Shown in pieces: positions 62,441 through 64,000 of a stretch of DNA of 64,000 nucleotides. Location of the stretch: assembly GCF_009834535.1 (NCBI RefSeq), contig NC_045707.1, positions 64,110,001 to 64,174,000 on the forward strand, read 5' to 3'. The DNA is from Camelus ferus. Taxonomy: Eukaryota. The position numbers were made by a program, and so were the translations under genes. The notes beneath the pieces were generated by a model. It was given only the letters and a program-made list of their open reading frames with translations. It did not search any database and was not told the origin of the DNA. How positions within the stretch are numbered: position 1 is the first letter of the stretch; each line of letters begins with the position of its first letter.

Positions 62441-64000
62441 TTTTATTAGTAATTTTTATAATAACTTAATTACTATTCAGATCTTTTATATTAGATCATT
62501 TATCAGTGTAAAGAGAAAAATAAAAGAAATGAAATTAAAAATTCCCTCTCTGGTGTCCTCTTTTGAATTCCTCTGTTAAAAAAAATTCCTTTCACATTGT
62601 TTTCCTATGTCTGTCTTTTACCTCAGTTTTAATCATGGTGTATGTACATTTTGCATTCAACTTTTCACTTGTGAATCATCTTAGCAGATTCTGCTCCATG
62701 AATGTTATATCACAAGCATTTTCCCCCTCCCTGTCTTCAAAATGATATTTCAAACAATGCGTAGATCTTGCCATATAATTTGTTTAATTATTCTTTTATT
62801 TCGAGCATGCAGTTGCATATAATTCAGTAGTACATAACGTTGTGTAGTAGCTTTTTTTTTCTTCTCTTAAACTGTGCCTTTCAGAAACTAAACAGCTGAA
62901 ATTCTATAAATTGAAGGGCTGAGATGCTTTTCTTCTATGTTGAGCAAGATGAGAAATAGACTGGCATATTCTTGGGTCACTCAGTTTATCCCAGAATCCC
63001 AGCTAGCTAGGAGAACCTGTGTGAAGCACAAAACCAAACTCAACCTTCAGTTACCCGATGCAGGTTACAAAAATGTTTTCCTCTTCTTTTTATTAAAGAT
63101 AAAAAAGAAAGGAGAGGGAAATATTTTTATGTGGACTCATTCATAGGATTATACATGCACGCAAAAAGGAACATTGAAACCACTGACAGCGTTTTAAAAT
63201 ATATTTTTCAAAGTTTAAATGAAACCGAAGTTAGCACGTTTTGATGTTAGCCTACTGAATTTTTAAAACATGGGATCATCACCAAAATGACCATACTCTC
63301 TTGTAATATAGAAAGAGTTCTTTTAGCTCCATCTTGTGAGATAGATTCATCGCTGGCCGATATTCCTTTCCTTGCCATCCAAAGACTGTTTTCTTCTTGT
63401 AAAAATAGGTATGGATTTACTGGAAGAAAATGTCTGTGCCGTTTTAACTCTCTTGCTCATGGTTGGTGAGCTGCTGTTCCTGCTGGGAGTCCTCACGTGG
63501 CTCTCGTGGGAATGTCTCTAACGAAGGACAAGTAGGATCTAATGAAGAGCAGGATGCAGGGAAGCAGTTGAGTTGGGTCTTGCATGCTTCTTCTGGATCT
63601 CAGTTATTCTGGGCAGCCTAGGAGACTCTGAATTACCAGCAGCTGCTCCCTTGCTCACTTTCTTGTCTGCCATAGCTGCTAGCAGCTGCTCTCTCTTTAC
63701 TACCCCCCTGTCCAGATGCAAACAGCCGTTCTCTCTTCCCTTACAATTGTCAGCAGTGGCTCATTTTGCCCCAGACACATGGACACCTGCAACAGGATGA
63801 ATTTTATTTTTCAGTTGCGGTGAAATCCTGGACAGCTTCAGGAAGGTTGAGTGGACGGAGGGAAGGAGGGAATGAGAACTGGTTAGAAGTAGAAGGAGCC
63901 TGTGTTGGCAAGCTGGAAGTGGATGGGAGATTTCTAGTGGTTTTCAGGGGCTGCGTAAGTCAGTGACAATAGGTAACTCATACTCTTTTTTTTTTCCAAA

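Overview
Mammalian non-coding (intronic or intergenic) DNA, most likely from a camelid (camel, alpaca or llama). The host call rests on a tRNA-Ala-derived Vic-1-type SINE at 121-290 and cetartiodactyl-type L1 ends, and I saw no Alu, Bov-A or PRE1 SINEs. I could not support any cellular protein-coding gene, RNA gene or CRISPR array. The ORFs I could assign are transposon-derived or low-complexity, and the rest look like chance ORFs. The window is a dense transposon record: old L1M, L2, MIR and CR1, hAT and Tigger MITEs, MaLR/ERVL LTRs and an ERVL pol fragment. Three structures stand out. (1) A ~4.1 kb L1 (26900-31046, -) keeps both termini, a target-site duplication (TSD) and ORF1 but lacks most of ORF2. 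(2) A degraded two-LTR class I (gamma-like) endogenous retrovirus (~49018-54556, +) lacks the RT core and most of env. (3) A twin-primed, 5'-inverted L1 fragment sits inside that provirus. Several repeat-free islands contain transcription-factor motif clusters or splice-site pairs and are candidate regulatory elements or exons. Repeat family names come from recalled consensus sequences, not a database search, and boundaries of old elements are approximate. I found no convincing novel biological system.
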